From positions 9,871,656 through 9,935,655 of the forward strand of contig CM082583.2 in NCBI GenBank assembly GCA_040954595.2: DNA of 64,000 nucleotides, read 5' to 3'. A program made the translations under genes and the position numbers. The stretch is from Balanoglossus misakiensis (lineage: Eukaryota > Animalia > Hemichordata). Below the pieces are notes generated by a model. It was not told the DNA's origin and ran no database searches. It was given only the letters and a program-made list of their open reading frames with translations. Of this stretch, positions 63,458 to 64,000 are shown piece by piece (position 1 is the stretch's first letter; each line of letters opens with the position of its first letter).

Positions 63458-64000
63458 GCTTGTCGTCTTCCTGCAAATGGTGAAAATTAGAGTTAATTAC
63501 AGCATACTGAAGTGGAAATCGATCATACTCCAACTTTCCGAAGTAATGTATGCGTAGAAGTACGCCCTCGGTGGCGACAAATGTCATTTACGTCGAAGGT
63601 GACTTCTTACACTTTTCTAAAAACGATATTGCTGTATTTAAAACTCAACATATTAAGAATTGTGCACACCCTTGGTTATATTAAGGTCGTTTTCACTTGG
63701 TTGACAGATAAGTTTGAAGTTTTTATGGCTTACTACATCACTGAAGCCTAGTGCGTTTGTCATACATAGTGCTACTGCCATGCCTGTGGTCGTATATACA
63801 CGTACACAAACAGAAGACCCGAAAAAAAATAATCAGTGGTGTTTGAGCATCAAGGTTATTTTCAGGCAATTGTGGCCTGTCATAAGCAGTGTTGAATGTT
63901 AGTAGCTGCTTCCAAAGAGCCACACAGTACCCATCGCTTTTCCTTTTTGGCATGGGCACTTGAAGTTGACCTAGTAATTGGCCAAAGTGCAATGGCACGT

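Noticed and set aside
1-64000. tRNA, rRNA, autonomous transposase or reverse transcriptase genes, and stop-codon readthrough contexts
   Set aside because: None recognised by eye; no TGA-CTAG context at the stops inspected. A covariance-model scan would be needed to exclude small RNAs.

Overview
AT-rich, intron-rich animal genomic DNA. Gene content and intron style suggest an invertebrate bilaterian, plausibly a non-vertebrate deuterostome (inference only). Nine spliced protein-coding genes were reconstructed by reading splice sites and reading frame: the 3' part of a STAP-family SH2 adaptor (+), the E1 enzyme UBA6 (-), a MAP1/futsch-like microtubule-associated protein (+), a compact FAM184-like coiled-coil protein (-), a KLF9/13/16-type factor (+), a CREB3-family membrane-bound bZIP (+), a secreted DUF4773-like protein (-), FAM221B (+) and a DUF1761-like membrane protein (-). 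There is also a 458-bp MITE with a 9-bp TSD, three copies of an ~85-bp piggyBac-type MITE and a probable spliced pseudogene or lncRNA. The most notable observations are: (1) an ATG-less in-frame UBA6 N-terminal extension containing SPKKRKV, which could be ACG-initiated and parallels nuclear UBA1a; (2) an Ena/VASP EVH2-like tail on the STAP adaptor; (3) a homogenised 18-aa Cys/His tandem repeat and a retained HxHxD motif in MAP1; (4) gene linkages matching human STAP1-UBA6 and CREB3-FAM221B; (5) an intron-bearing DUF1761-like gene that is a horizontal-transfer candidate. All family assignments come from remembered motifs, not database searches.
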